Source of the DNA: Phascolarctobacterium succinatutens CAG:287
GTDB lineage: Bacteria; Bacillota; Negativicutes; Acidaminococcales; Acidaminococcaceae
Assembly: GCF_000434895.1 (NCBI RefSeq)
Contig: NZ_FR892810.1
Location: 1,144 to 65,143 of the forward strand
Direction of reading: 5' to 3'
Length of the DNA stretch: 64,000 nucleotides
The notes under the pieces were generated by a model. It saw only the letters and a list, made by a program, of their open reading frames with translations. It was not told the origin of the DNA and did not search any database. The position numbers and the translations under genes are program-made. Positions 10,485 to 17,770 of this stretch are shown piece after piece (position 1 is the stretch's first letter; every line of letters starts with the position of its first letter).

Positions 10485-11127
10485 TTGCCATACTATGTCT
10501 ACGTTTTTCTATGCAATTCGGACAATGGAAAGAATGAATTATCCCATTATACCCACAGCCTTTTTCTTCGCTAAGATTTATTTCTTTAGTTTTTTCCGGA
10601 TGCTTATCTCTGTATCTATTTTTTATTTCAACACTACATTTTATACAAGGAACATCATTTTTTTCTTTTACATATACTGCAATTCCTGTTTTATCCCATA
10701 TATTGAGTTCATCACAAGTACTACAATACGCTAAAAACCAAGGAAATCCCCCATATAAATGTGATATTAATTTTTTTGAAAAAACATACTGAAATTCTTG
10801 TATTTCAAAATCACCTTTTTCTTGAAGAGCTTCATATACCTCATTATCAAATGATTCGCCTGGCCGAAATAAAAGATAGGTATCAGATTCATCGATGTTC
10901 AAATCGCAGCTTTTATATTCATTATACCCCAAAATATCATATACTAATGCCGGAACCCATGGATATAAAATATGAGTATTATCTCTATCAATTGCTTTTA
11001 GGTCCTCATAAGTTTTAATCTTTGAAGTACACTTAATCAATTCATCTTTATCAATTTCTATTCCCTGCATTTTCATAGCTAATTTAAATGATTTTATGCA
11101 AACACTATCCATCTCAAACCTCATCAT
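10465..11127 (-). CDS. hypothetical protein with C-terminal zinc-ribbon-like Cys pairs
   Basis: CxxC...CxxC...HCPNC arrangement in the last 70 residues. No recognisable catalytic motif. Translationally coupled to neighbours by overlaps. Confidence 0.5.
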   Translation of the reverse strand: MMRFEMDSVCIKSFKLAMKMQGIEIDKDELIKCTSKIKTYEDLKAIDRDNTHILYPWVPALVYDILGYNEYKSCDLNIDESDTYLLFRPGESFDNEVYEALQEKGDFEIQEFQYVFSKKLISHLYGGFPWFLAYCSTCDELNIWDKTGIAVYVKEKNDVPCIKCSVEIKNRYRDKHPEKTKEINLSEEKGCGYNGIIHSFHCPNCIEKRRHSMAIEKARL

Positions 11128-12283
11128 GCTTAATATATTGGCTACCGATTAGTAGTCTATCTTTTATTTTCTTATAATACGCTTCTGAGAAATTATCTCC
11201 TAAACATATAGCTAATCGATTATTGGCACTAGGATCTAATCTATCAATTCTATCTCCTAATTTTTTTAATTTTATAGCCTGTAAATCGTTAATAAGAAAA
11301 TTATCATTTATTAGCGTTCCCATAGTATTAGGGATAAAATTCAACTGAAAAACATTTTGGAAATTTCCTTTATTAGCTATGCATTTTTCTCCAAACAACA
11401 CTTCTAAGGAATCCCTATATAAATTACCACCATGGTATCTCAGTAATTCTGAAATTCCTCCACCCACTCGGCATGAGAAATCAATCGGAACTAGCACATT
11501 GCTGACACTAGTAGGTGAAATAAAATCGAATTGTCCGAATGAAATATTATCATAATCAAACAACGCATTGCACCATAATTCTAAATATCTTCTTATAAGC
11601 TCTGTTGGTTCTTCTAATACATATGCTAATACACACGGAGCATTATCAATAATTGTTCTGTATTTTTTGCATACCCTAACAACAGAAATTTTACCCTGAA
11701 AGAAAAAAACATCCGCACTATATTCTACGCCATCAATAAATTCAAAACATATTGATGGTGAAGCTGTAATATCTAATACTTTTTTTACCTTTTCGTCGAC
11801 AATAGACGCATCAATTAAATACTTATCTATATTGTGATAATTTAACGCAGAAATAATTTTGACGCCGTGTCCTGAATATTGATTATCTGGTTTTATAATA
11901 TATACTTTTTGTTTATCTGACACTATTTTTTTTACATTGCTCGTTATTTCATATCTATTCGATGGCAATCCGTGTTGCATCATGCAATCCGCTAAATATT
12001 TTTTAGACCGACTAGCCTTAAATGCTTTAGTAGAAATTCTACACCTTTTTACATTCTTTTTACACCATGTTACCCAATATTCATTTAATGGCACTACTAT
12101 TGAATCTTCATCTTTAATATCATTTTTAACACTTACTTCTTTCAAATCATCTGAACTAATATATTTTGCCATTTCAGGTGTTTCAACAAATTGCAATGCG
12201 AAATCCGAATTTTTAGAAGCAGCTTTTATATCTGCCAATCCATATATGCTTGCAGCACCTGCAAATATTATTATTGTTTTCAT
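11114..12283 (-). CDS. ATP-grasp domain protein (putative ligase)
   Basis: Central block KQKVYIIKPDNQYSGHGVKII typical of the ATP-grasp fold (D-Ala-D-Ala ligase/RimK/graspetide-ligase families), about 390 aa. First gene after a 540-bp gap containing a terminator. Confidence 0.55.
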   Translation of the reverse strand: MKTIIIFAGAASIYGLADIKAASKNSDFALQFVETPEMAKYISSDDLKEVSVKNDIKDEDSIVVPLNEYWVTWCKKNVKRCRISTKAFKASRSKKYLADCMMQHGLPSNRYEITSNVKKIVSDKQKVYIIKPDNQYSGHGVKIISALNYHNIDKYLIDASIVDEKVKKVLDITASPSICFEFIDGVEYSADVFFFQGKISVVRVCKKYRTIIDNAPCVLAYVLEEPTELIRRYLELWCNALFDYDNISFGQFDFISPTSVSNVLVPIDFSCRVGGGISELLRYHGGNLYRDSLEVLFGEKCIANKGNFQNVFQLNFIPNTMGTLINDNFLINDLQAIKLKKLGDRIDRLDPSANNRLAICLGDNFSEAYYKKIKDRLLIGSQYIKHDEV

Positions 12284-12611
12284 CTCAATTTCTCCTAGAT
12301 TAACTCTAAACCCAATTATATGAAAGCTTGTGCCGTTAACAAAAAGAATATCAATAGTGATTTTTGCGTCAAACCTATTGTTCCGAAAAGTAGCGGGTAC
12401 TACATATCAATCTTATTTTAGCGCAATCGAAGCTATTAGTAAATCCTGCTACAAATTTTTTAAAGACATGATATACTTCGCGCATTCTTAAAGTTCTTAC
12501 GAATAAATATAATAAAAACGAGAAATGCCACAAAAATTACATAAGCGTCTAATAAAGTCTCCACTTACAAAGCATACAAATTAATATTACATATCTAAGC
12601 AAAAAACAAAA

Positions 12612-12662
12612 CCTCCTATTCCAGAATGTTAATATACCGAAATATACATTCTAAAAAGGAGG
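12612..12662 (-). terminator. Rho-independent terminator/attenuator downstream of small peptide gene 1
   Basis: Inverted repeat cctcctattccagaatgt...acattctaaaaaggagg, which on the minus strand is followed by a T-run (ttttgtttttt). Lies between the peptide gene and the ATP-grasp gene. Confidence 0.45.
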
Positions 12663-12821
12663 CTGAGACAGTATATCTTCCGAAAATTATATCACTAAAT
12701 TACTCAACATTAAACCATCTGAGGTGTTATCTTTAACTGGAAGCTCAAAAAAAGGTACTATTATTCTTAAGATTCACCTGAAAGTTAACGATTAGATCCA
12801 CTCAATTCCAATAACAATAAA

Positions 12822-13019
12822 TTATTGATTGAATCTTATTGAATTATTGTTTACAGACAGTAAAGCTTTACTGTGAATATCTCTAAGCATTAAACCAGAA
12901 GCAGTGCCCACAGAAAATGCTGATGCTGCACTAAGTCCGGCAACAGCGCCTACGACAGCGGGAATAGCACCCTCACTAGGATATAAATTATTAATTAATG
13001 GTTTACTATATTTTTTCAT
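12822..13019 (-). CDS. small Gly/Ala-rich peptide (candidate RiPP/bacteriocin precursor 1)
   Basis: 65 aa: MKKYSKPLINNLYPSEGAIPAVVGAVAGLSAASAFSVGTASGLMLRDIHSKALLSVNNNSIRFNQ. Its ATG overlaps the PqqD-like stop (ATGA). Paralogous to the peptide at 13310..13474, with a shared MKK[YS][SY]xKP N-terminus and an A[IF]P..VGAxxAG core. Confidence 0.5.
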   Translation of the reverse strand: MKKYSKPLINNLYPSEGAIPAVVGAVAGLSAASAFSVGTASGLMLRDIHSKALLSVNNNSIRFNQ

Positions 13020-13306
13020 TTTTTATCCTCCAATCTGATAATATTTTTCCATTGTAAATCCCTAATCAGATTTACTATGTCTTGTTCTAAACTATTTTCG
13101 TCAATTACGTAATCCTTAAGAAACATTTCTTTTATTTCTTCGATTTTTCTTTTTCCATCGCATAATTCCAGAAAATTTTTAGCCGTTTCATTTAAATAAA
13201 AAATATCTAAACCGTCTGATTCTGCTATTAAAAAATCTTCATTTTCCCTAGTCTTTAAGGCTATAACTCTAGGAATCTTATCTTTAAAAAAATCGTACAC
13301 CACCAC
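13016..13306 (-). CDS. PqqD-family protein (RiPP recognition element, peptide chaperone)
   Basis: LNETAKNFLELCDGKRKIEEIKEMFLKDY matches the PqqD/RRE signature (LNxTaxxIWeLcDGkrTveEI). About 95 aa. Probable GTG start, 3 nt after the peptide-2 stop. Confidence 0.7.
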   Translation of the reverse strand: MVVYDFFKDKIPRVIALKTRENEDFLIAESDGLDIFYLNETAKNFLELCDGKRKIEEIKEMFLKDYVIDENSLEQDIVNLIRDLQWKNIIRLEDKK

Positions 13307-13309
13307 AAT

Positions 13310-13474
13310 TCACCTACCTAAATTTTTCAGTTTTATTACAGGGCTCGCTTTCATAGCATGAGCTACTGCTCTTCCAATTACGTAACCACCAGCTAAAGCT
13401 GCACCTACCATCGGAAACGCACTTTTCCCCATATCAAAGCACATAGCCACTGGTTTTATATAACTTTTCTTCAT
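13310..13474 (-). CDS. small Gly/Ala-rich peptide (candidate precursor 2), absent from the ORF track
   Basis: Manual translation from the ATG at 13474 (RBS TAAGGAG 6 nt upstream) gives 54 aa: MKKSYIKPVAMCFDMGKSAFPMVGAALAGGYVIGRAVAHAMKASPVIKLKNLGR, stop at 13310-13312. Paralogous to peptide 1. Confidence 0.5.
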   Translation of the reverse strand: MKKSYIKPVAMCFDMGKSAFPMVGAALAGGYVIGRAVAHAMKASPVIKLKNLGR

Positions 13475-13560
13475 AGCAAACAACTCCTTATAATATCTTT
13501 TATTTTTACCGATTTTCTCGGTCTTTTGTAGTTTTTTATATTTTAAGTCAGCTTTTTGTT

Positions 13561-14601
13561 TTAGACTAAAATATCTTTATCAACATGATTTTGAATATTG
13601 CCCTTTTGAGTCTCCTCGTTTATTGAGGCAATAAATTTTTGAACTCTTTCACTCTTCCATGCATTAATTCCGTGCTTCATCCATAACTCTTTTAGTGAAG
13701 TATTTAACACATTGCCAATAATGAACGGAGCCATGCAATCTAATCGGAATTCCCCATTAGGTCTAATGATACCGCCAGCATTATTCTCTAAGCTATACCT
13801 TTTCATTTGATGCCCCAAATCAGCACTTCTTCTAATTTCTATTTTCTCGTTATACTTATTTTGAAGCTTACTAATAACTTCATACAAGCAATTTTTTTGT
13901 TCTTTCGTTAAAATAATATCTTCATTAGTAATAGCTCTTCCACTAGGCAAAACCTCACCTAAAATAATTCTGCTTGCCCCCATGCTATAAGCTAAATCTA
14001 CCATATCCTCAACTTTTCCTAGATTTTTAGGAGTTACCGTATGAGCAATTACAAGAGGTATACCAGCTTGAGAAATTTCCAAAGCACCATTTACCGCTCG
14101 TTCAAAGCTGCCTCTCACCCCCCTGAACTCGTCATGAATTTCTGCTGTTGAACCGTCAATAGATACTTGAAACCAATAATATCTATACTTACTAAAGCGT
14201 TTTACTTTTTCTTTAGTCAGCAGGTAACCGTTTGTAATAACTACAAAAGAAGTCCCATCATCATGCAAAATATCCATTATGTCAAATAGGCGATCACCTA
14301 ATAATAATGGCTCTCCGCCAGAAAGAATACATTGAAAAATACCGCCATCTTTAACTATCTCTTTAGCCAAACTGCACCATTTATCTGGTGTCATTAACGT
14401 CTCCCTATCAGCATCACCAGATCTATTATAACAATGCTTGCACGCAAGATTGCATCGTCCTGTTAATTCAAATTGTAACGTAATCGGATATGTAAATTTT
14501 TCAGGATATAAGCCTTGTTTTCTTAAATTAGTAATATTTTCTTCAATAGCCTTTAGATATTGATTATCTAACGCTCTGTTTATTTTTATATAATCTTTCA
14601 T
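13561..14601 (-). CDS. radical SAM enzyme (peptide-maturase-like, PqqE/anSME-type N-terminal domain; incomplete SPASM cysteine set)
   Basis: Canonical CNLACKHCY (CX3CX2C) at residues about 50-58, SAM-binding ILSGGEPLL, and the glycine-rich barrel motifs. The C-terminal region has only two Cys (RLDCMAPF), so no full SPASM. Start overlaps the upstream gene (ATGA). Confidence 0.85.
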   Translation of the reverse strand: MKDYIKINRALDNQYLKAIEENITNLRKQGLYPEKFTYPITLQFELTGRCNLACKHCYNRSGDADRETLMTPDKWCSLAKEIVKDGGIFQCILSGGEPLLLGDRLFDIMDILHDDGTSFVVITNGYLLTKEKVKRFSKYRYYWFQVSIDGSTAEIHDEFRGVRGSFERAVNGALEISQAGIPLVIAHTVTPKNLGKVEDMVDLAYSMGASRIILGEVLPSGRAITNEDIILTKEQKNCLYEVISKLQNKYNEKIEIRRSADLGHQMKRYSLENNAGGIIRPNGEFRLDCMAPFIIGNVLNTSLKELWMKHGINAWKSERVQKFIASINEETQKGNIQNHVDKDILV

Positions 14602-14870
14602 TCTTTTTCTCCTTTTATTATTTTACAAAAAAAGTAAATAATACGATGAAATTCACGAACACTCATATACGGAAAATACTTTTCGTAAACATACTTACCA
14701 TTGCAAGCATTCGGCCGGATAGAATAAATTGAACATCTGTTATCCACATTCAAGAATTTGCAAATACCATCGCCTCTATCAAATCCTAATAATTGCAGTA
14801 TTCTATTCACATGTTTACAACATTCCCCACAGCAATCGCATGGAAACGGATAATACTTTTGCACAATCAT
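14598..14870 (-). CDS. YkgJ-family cysteine-cluster protein (putative Zn/Fe-chelating domain, PF03692-like)
   Basis: FPCDCCGECC = CxCCxxCC motif, plus further Cys (C..C, CNGK), characteristic of the YkgJ / flagellin N-methylase-like cysteine cluster. 90 aa. Confidence 0.55.
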   Translation of the reverse strand: MIVQKYYPFPCDCCGECCKHVNRILQLLGFDRGDGICKFLNVDNRCSIYSIRPNACNGKYVYEKYFPYMSVREFHRIIYFFCKIIKGEKE

Positions 14871-14954
14871 TTCCCCTTAATAACATTGACATAAATTTGA
14901 CCTTTTTGTTTTAAGAACGTTTTATATTTAGTTTATTAATGAGAGTTTTTGATT

Positions 14955-15185
14955 TTATCCATTCTCCACCCCATCCATCAGCTCGCTCATCGTAATACCT
15001 AGTTTCTCGGCAATCTTCATTAAGGTTGAAAGTGATACGCTTTTTGTATAACCGCCATTTTCAATACGCGATAAATATTGCGGCGTAATGCCAACTTCTT
15101 CTGCAAGCTTCTCTTGTGTCATGCTCTTCAATTTTCTATAAAAAACTATCTTGGCACCTATTTTCTTATATCGCGACGCAAACAT
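14955..15185 (-). CDS. XRE-family helix-turn-helix transcriptional regulator (type a)
   Basis: LKSMTQEKLAEEVGITPQYLSRIENGGYTKSVSLSTLMKIAEKLGITMSEL is a classic Cro/C1-type HTH. Sits immediately upstream of, and co-directional with, the YkgJ/rSAM/peptide operon. Confidence 0.8.
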   Translation of the reverse strand: MFASRYKKIGAKIVFYRKLKSMTQEKLAEEVGITPQYLSRIENGGYTKSVSLSTLMKIAEKLGITMSELMDGVENG

Positions 15186-15342
15186 TTAGCTCTCACTCCT
15201 CTTACCACTATATTATCGCACATTCTCAATTTCTTATCTTTGCACAATTGTTTCATAACTTTACATATAGTTTAATTTTTTTTGCGCCTTGCTTTTTGGA
15301 GCTCGCCAATGTACTTACATCATTATTTATTTCTGCTGCTTC

Positions 15343-15585
15343 TTACTTTCTCTCCTGCATAAGCCGCACCGGGTCAACCCCCAAAGCCTGCGCCAGCAAA
15401 AATATAGACTCCATATTAAAGGGTCCCTTGCCGCATTCGATGTCTGAAACGCGCGCTCTTGACATTTTGGCCTTCTCCGCCAGCTCGCTCTGCGTCAGGC
15501 TCAATGCCCTACGATAATACATTATATTCAAGCCAATAGTTTTATATTTTTCTTCAAACAAAAAGTACCACTCCTTATCTCTCAC
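15343..15585 (-). CDS. XRE-family helix-turn-helix transcriptional regulator (type b, copy 1)
   Basis: LSLTQSELAEKAKMSRARVSDIECGKGPFNMESIFLLAQALGVDP. About 96% identical to the protein at 21719..21937. Confidence 0.8.
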   Translation of the reverse strand: MRDKEWYFLFEEKYKTIGLNIMYYRRALSLTQSELAEKAKMSRARVSDIECGKGPFNMESIFLLAQALGVDPVRLMQERK

Positions 15586-15758
15586 CTTATATTATGCACT
15601 AAAAAGGTAGCTCGTGCGGTGCTTTAAATTTTATATATGTGGAATATATTTGACATGAATGCTGTAAACTTCCTTACTTACCGCCTGCTTTTAGTATAAA
15701 TTGAAATGAGAAACAATAATACCACTATAAAATTTCTTCTTTGTGATATTTGAATAAG

Positions 15759-15811
15759 AAAAAAGCTCCCGGATTTCTCCGAGAGCCGATTGCCATAGTT
15801 GGCGGAGTGGG
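15759..15811. repeat. direct repeat: copy of the tRNA-Ser(GCU) 3' end plus terminator hairpin (att-like, distal copy)
   Basis: aaaaaagctcccggatttctccgagagccgattgccatagttggcggagtggg matches 26704..26756 at 49 of 53 positions. All four mismatches fall in the hairpin arms as two compensatory pairs, preserving the stem. Confidence 0.7.
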
Positions 15812-15864
15812 TTAAGGTCTTCTAACCCAACAACAAAGTAATGCTTACTTAATCCTATCAATTT

Positions 15865-16926
15865 TTATTTCAGCAGTGCTACTTTGGAATCTCCAACGCC
15901 GCTATTCAGCTGTGCTGTTTTTGAATTTGCAACGGCCTTACTCAGCAGGGCAACCTTTTTATCTATTTCCTTTTGGACACGCTCTTTGTAATCCTTTAAG
16001 GCCGCATCAATGGTATCGATAACCTGGGAATCGTAATCCACATAATTAATGGCGTCCTTCAAATCTCCTATATATTCTTCGCAAGCCTTATTTACATCTT
16101 TATAGCAATATTTCTCTTCATATTTATCATTACCGAAGAAGCTAGTGCCTGCATATACTTCTGTATCATCTGTATCCATATAATCCCTATAATCACTACG
16201 GGAAGTATAATTGCAGCCATTAAACTCTCTCATTACATCACTGCAGCCGCGCTCTTCAAACTCTTTAAGCCTTACATTGAGCATATACACAAGCACAGAA
16301 TCCTTCTCATTAGCACTGCCGCCCGGGAAAACCGCAAATTCTTTAAAGTCTGCCGGCAGCTTAATTCCGCCTGCAGCTGCCGCTCCGGCAAATTCCTGCA
16401 GCACATCTGCATACTGCTTGTTAATCTGCCCCCAGAAGCCGCTTTCATCAAAAGTATAAAATCTTCTCAGCTTGTCTTCCTTATATTGCACAAAAACCTC
16501 AAGAATGAATTTCTTATACTGCGAATAGCAGATACGATCAAATTCACTTTCCGCAGCACTCATAGCTCTGCTTTCGCTGGAATAATCATAACGATATTCT
16601 CCCTGCGGATAGGAGCAGGTCATACGGTAATCCTGTGCGTGCATCTCAACATCTTTTCGGGTAACATTCGGAACGGTAATCTTTGCTAAAGCGTTTTGCA
16701 GTTTTTCCGGCAGCTTGCTTAAGTCTGCGCCTTCGCCTTCCGCTATGCTTAAAGCTTGTACAGGGCAACCGGCAACAATTTCTTCAGCCTTGGCTAAAAA
16801 ATCATCACTAAAATAGCCACCATTTACAGGAACAGCCTTGCCTTCAGCATCTTCCTGCAAAAGTTTTGTTTCTAATAAGCAGTTGCCACAAGCAATGCAT
16901 TTTTCACTAACTACAAATTTTTTCAT
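15865..16926 (-). CDS. hypothetical protein with N-terminal single-cluster 4Fe-4S ferredoxin-like domain
   Basis: N-terminus CIACGNCLLET...AGCPVQAL resembles single [4Fe-4S] ferredoxin domains. The remaining roughly 290 aa have no recognisable motif. First gene downstream in a three-gene operon. Confidence 0.5.
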   Translation of the reverse strand: MKKFVVSEKCIACGNCLLETKLLQEDAEGKAVPVNGGYFSDDFLAKAEEIVAGCPVQALSIAEGEGADLSKLPEKLQNALAKITVPNVTRKDVEMHAQDYRMTCSYPQGEYRYDYSSESRAMSAAESEFDRICYSQYKKFILEVFVQYKEDKLRRFYTFDESGFWGQINKQYADVLQEFAGAAAAGGIKLPADFKEFAVFPGGSANEKDSVLVYMLNVRLKEFEERGCSDVMREFNGCNYTSRSDYRDYMDTDDTEVYAGTSFFGNDKYEEKYCYKDVNKACEEYIGDLKDAINYVDYDSQVIDTIDAALKDYKERVQKEIDKKVALLSKAVANSKTAQLNSGVGDSKVALLK

Positions 16927-16942
16927 CTTGATTCCTCCAAAT

Positions 16943-17770
16943 CTACAAATTTTTTATATCCTGCATACACTGACTGCCAATTGCCAACGCTTCCGTTGTT
17001 TCTTGCGTAACCTTTCCTTCGTCCGTAAGTACAGGAGCATCAATTATTTTTTTCAGTGTAACCGCCAGATTTATGCAGCTGCAAAAGGCCTTGCGATCGT
17101 TTTCTGTATAAGCAGCTTTGTCCCTGCCCTTAGCAGCAATCAGTTCATCTGAATAGCTGATAGCTTGCATAAACAGCCTGTTTAACCTTGGCAGTAAATC
17201 AGACACCTTATTGCAGGAAGCTATCACGCCGTCTAAAACAGCAGCTAAATTTTCAGCCTGGCTGTAGACAACACGTGAACTGCGCAGCTGCGCGCCAGCC
17301 ATTTGCAGTTCCCTTTCAGAATCATTGATAAACGCATTGCCTAAGCCAAATACGCCGAAGCCCTTTAAGATGCTGACAGCAATTTCTTTATCAGTCATTG
17401 GTCTTACAGCTGTCTGTGCCACTGCATTGATAATCTGTATCTCTTTAGGGCTAAAGCTTTGCTGGTTTAAAACTGCCAGCATCTTGTCATCACGAAAGTC
17501 AATTTTCATGAGCTTGCCATACACAGTAACAAAATTCTGCATTGAAGTAATCAATATCGAACGCTTACGGTTGGAAAGCTTCTTCATAGCATTATCTGCT
17601 GCCTGCTTCTTTACTTCCACCAGCCTGTGAGCTTCTTGCTCCATCGCAAAAGCTTTAGCATAACGCTTTCTCGTCCTGCTATCTATCTGCATTGATTTTT
17701 CTGCGCCATAAAGGCCGCTGCCCAAAACTGCCCCAAGTACCAGTCCGATCATATCATCTGCCCCCTTCAT
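16943..17770 (-). CDS. hypothetical protein (N-terminal glycine-zipper hydrophobic segment)
   Basis: MIGLVLGAVLGSGLYGAE hydrophobic GxxxG segment followed by a predicted helical region. Start overlaps the upstream gene's stop (17767/17770). Confidence 0.5.
   Translation of the reverse strand: MKGADDMIGLVLGAVLGSGLYGAEKSMQIDSRTRKRYAKAFAMEQEAHRLVEVKKQAADNAMKKLSNRKRSILITSMQNFVTVYGKLMKIDFRDDKMLAVLNQQSFSPKEIQIINAVAQTAVRPMTDKEIAVSILKGFGVFGLGNAFINDSERELQMAGAQLRSSRVVYSQAENLAAVLDGVIASCNKVSDLLPRLNRLFMQAISYSDELIAAKGRDKAAYTENDRKAFCSCINLAVTLKKIIDAPVLTDEGKVTQETTEALAIGSQCMQDIKNL

Noticed and set aside
15586-15758. Sigma-70 promoter within the conserved type-b module (TTGACA ... TAGTATAAAT)
   Set aside because: Both hexamers are present on the plus strand but are separated by about 37 nt, too far for a standard promoter. 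Recorded only as part of the duplicated module.
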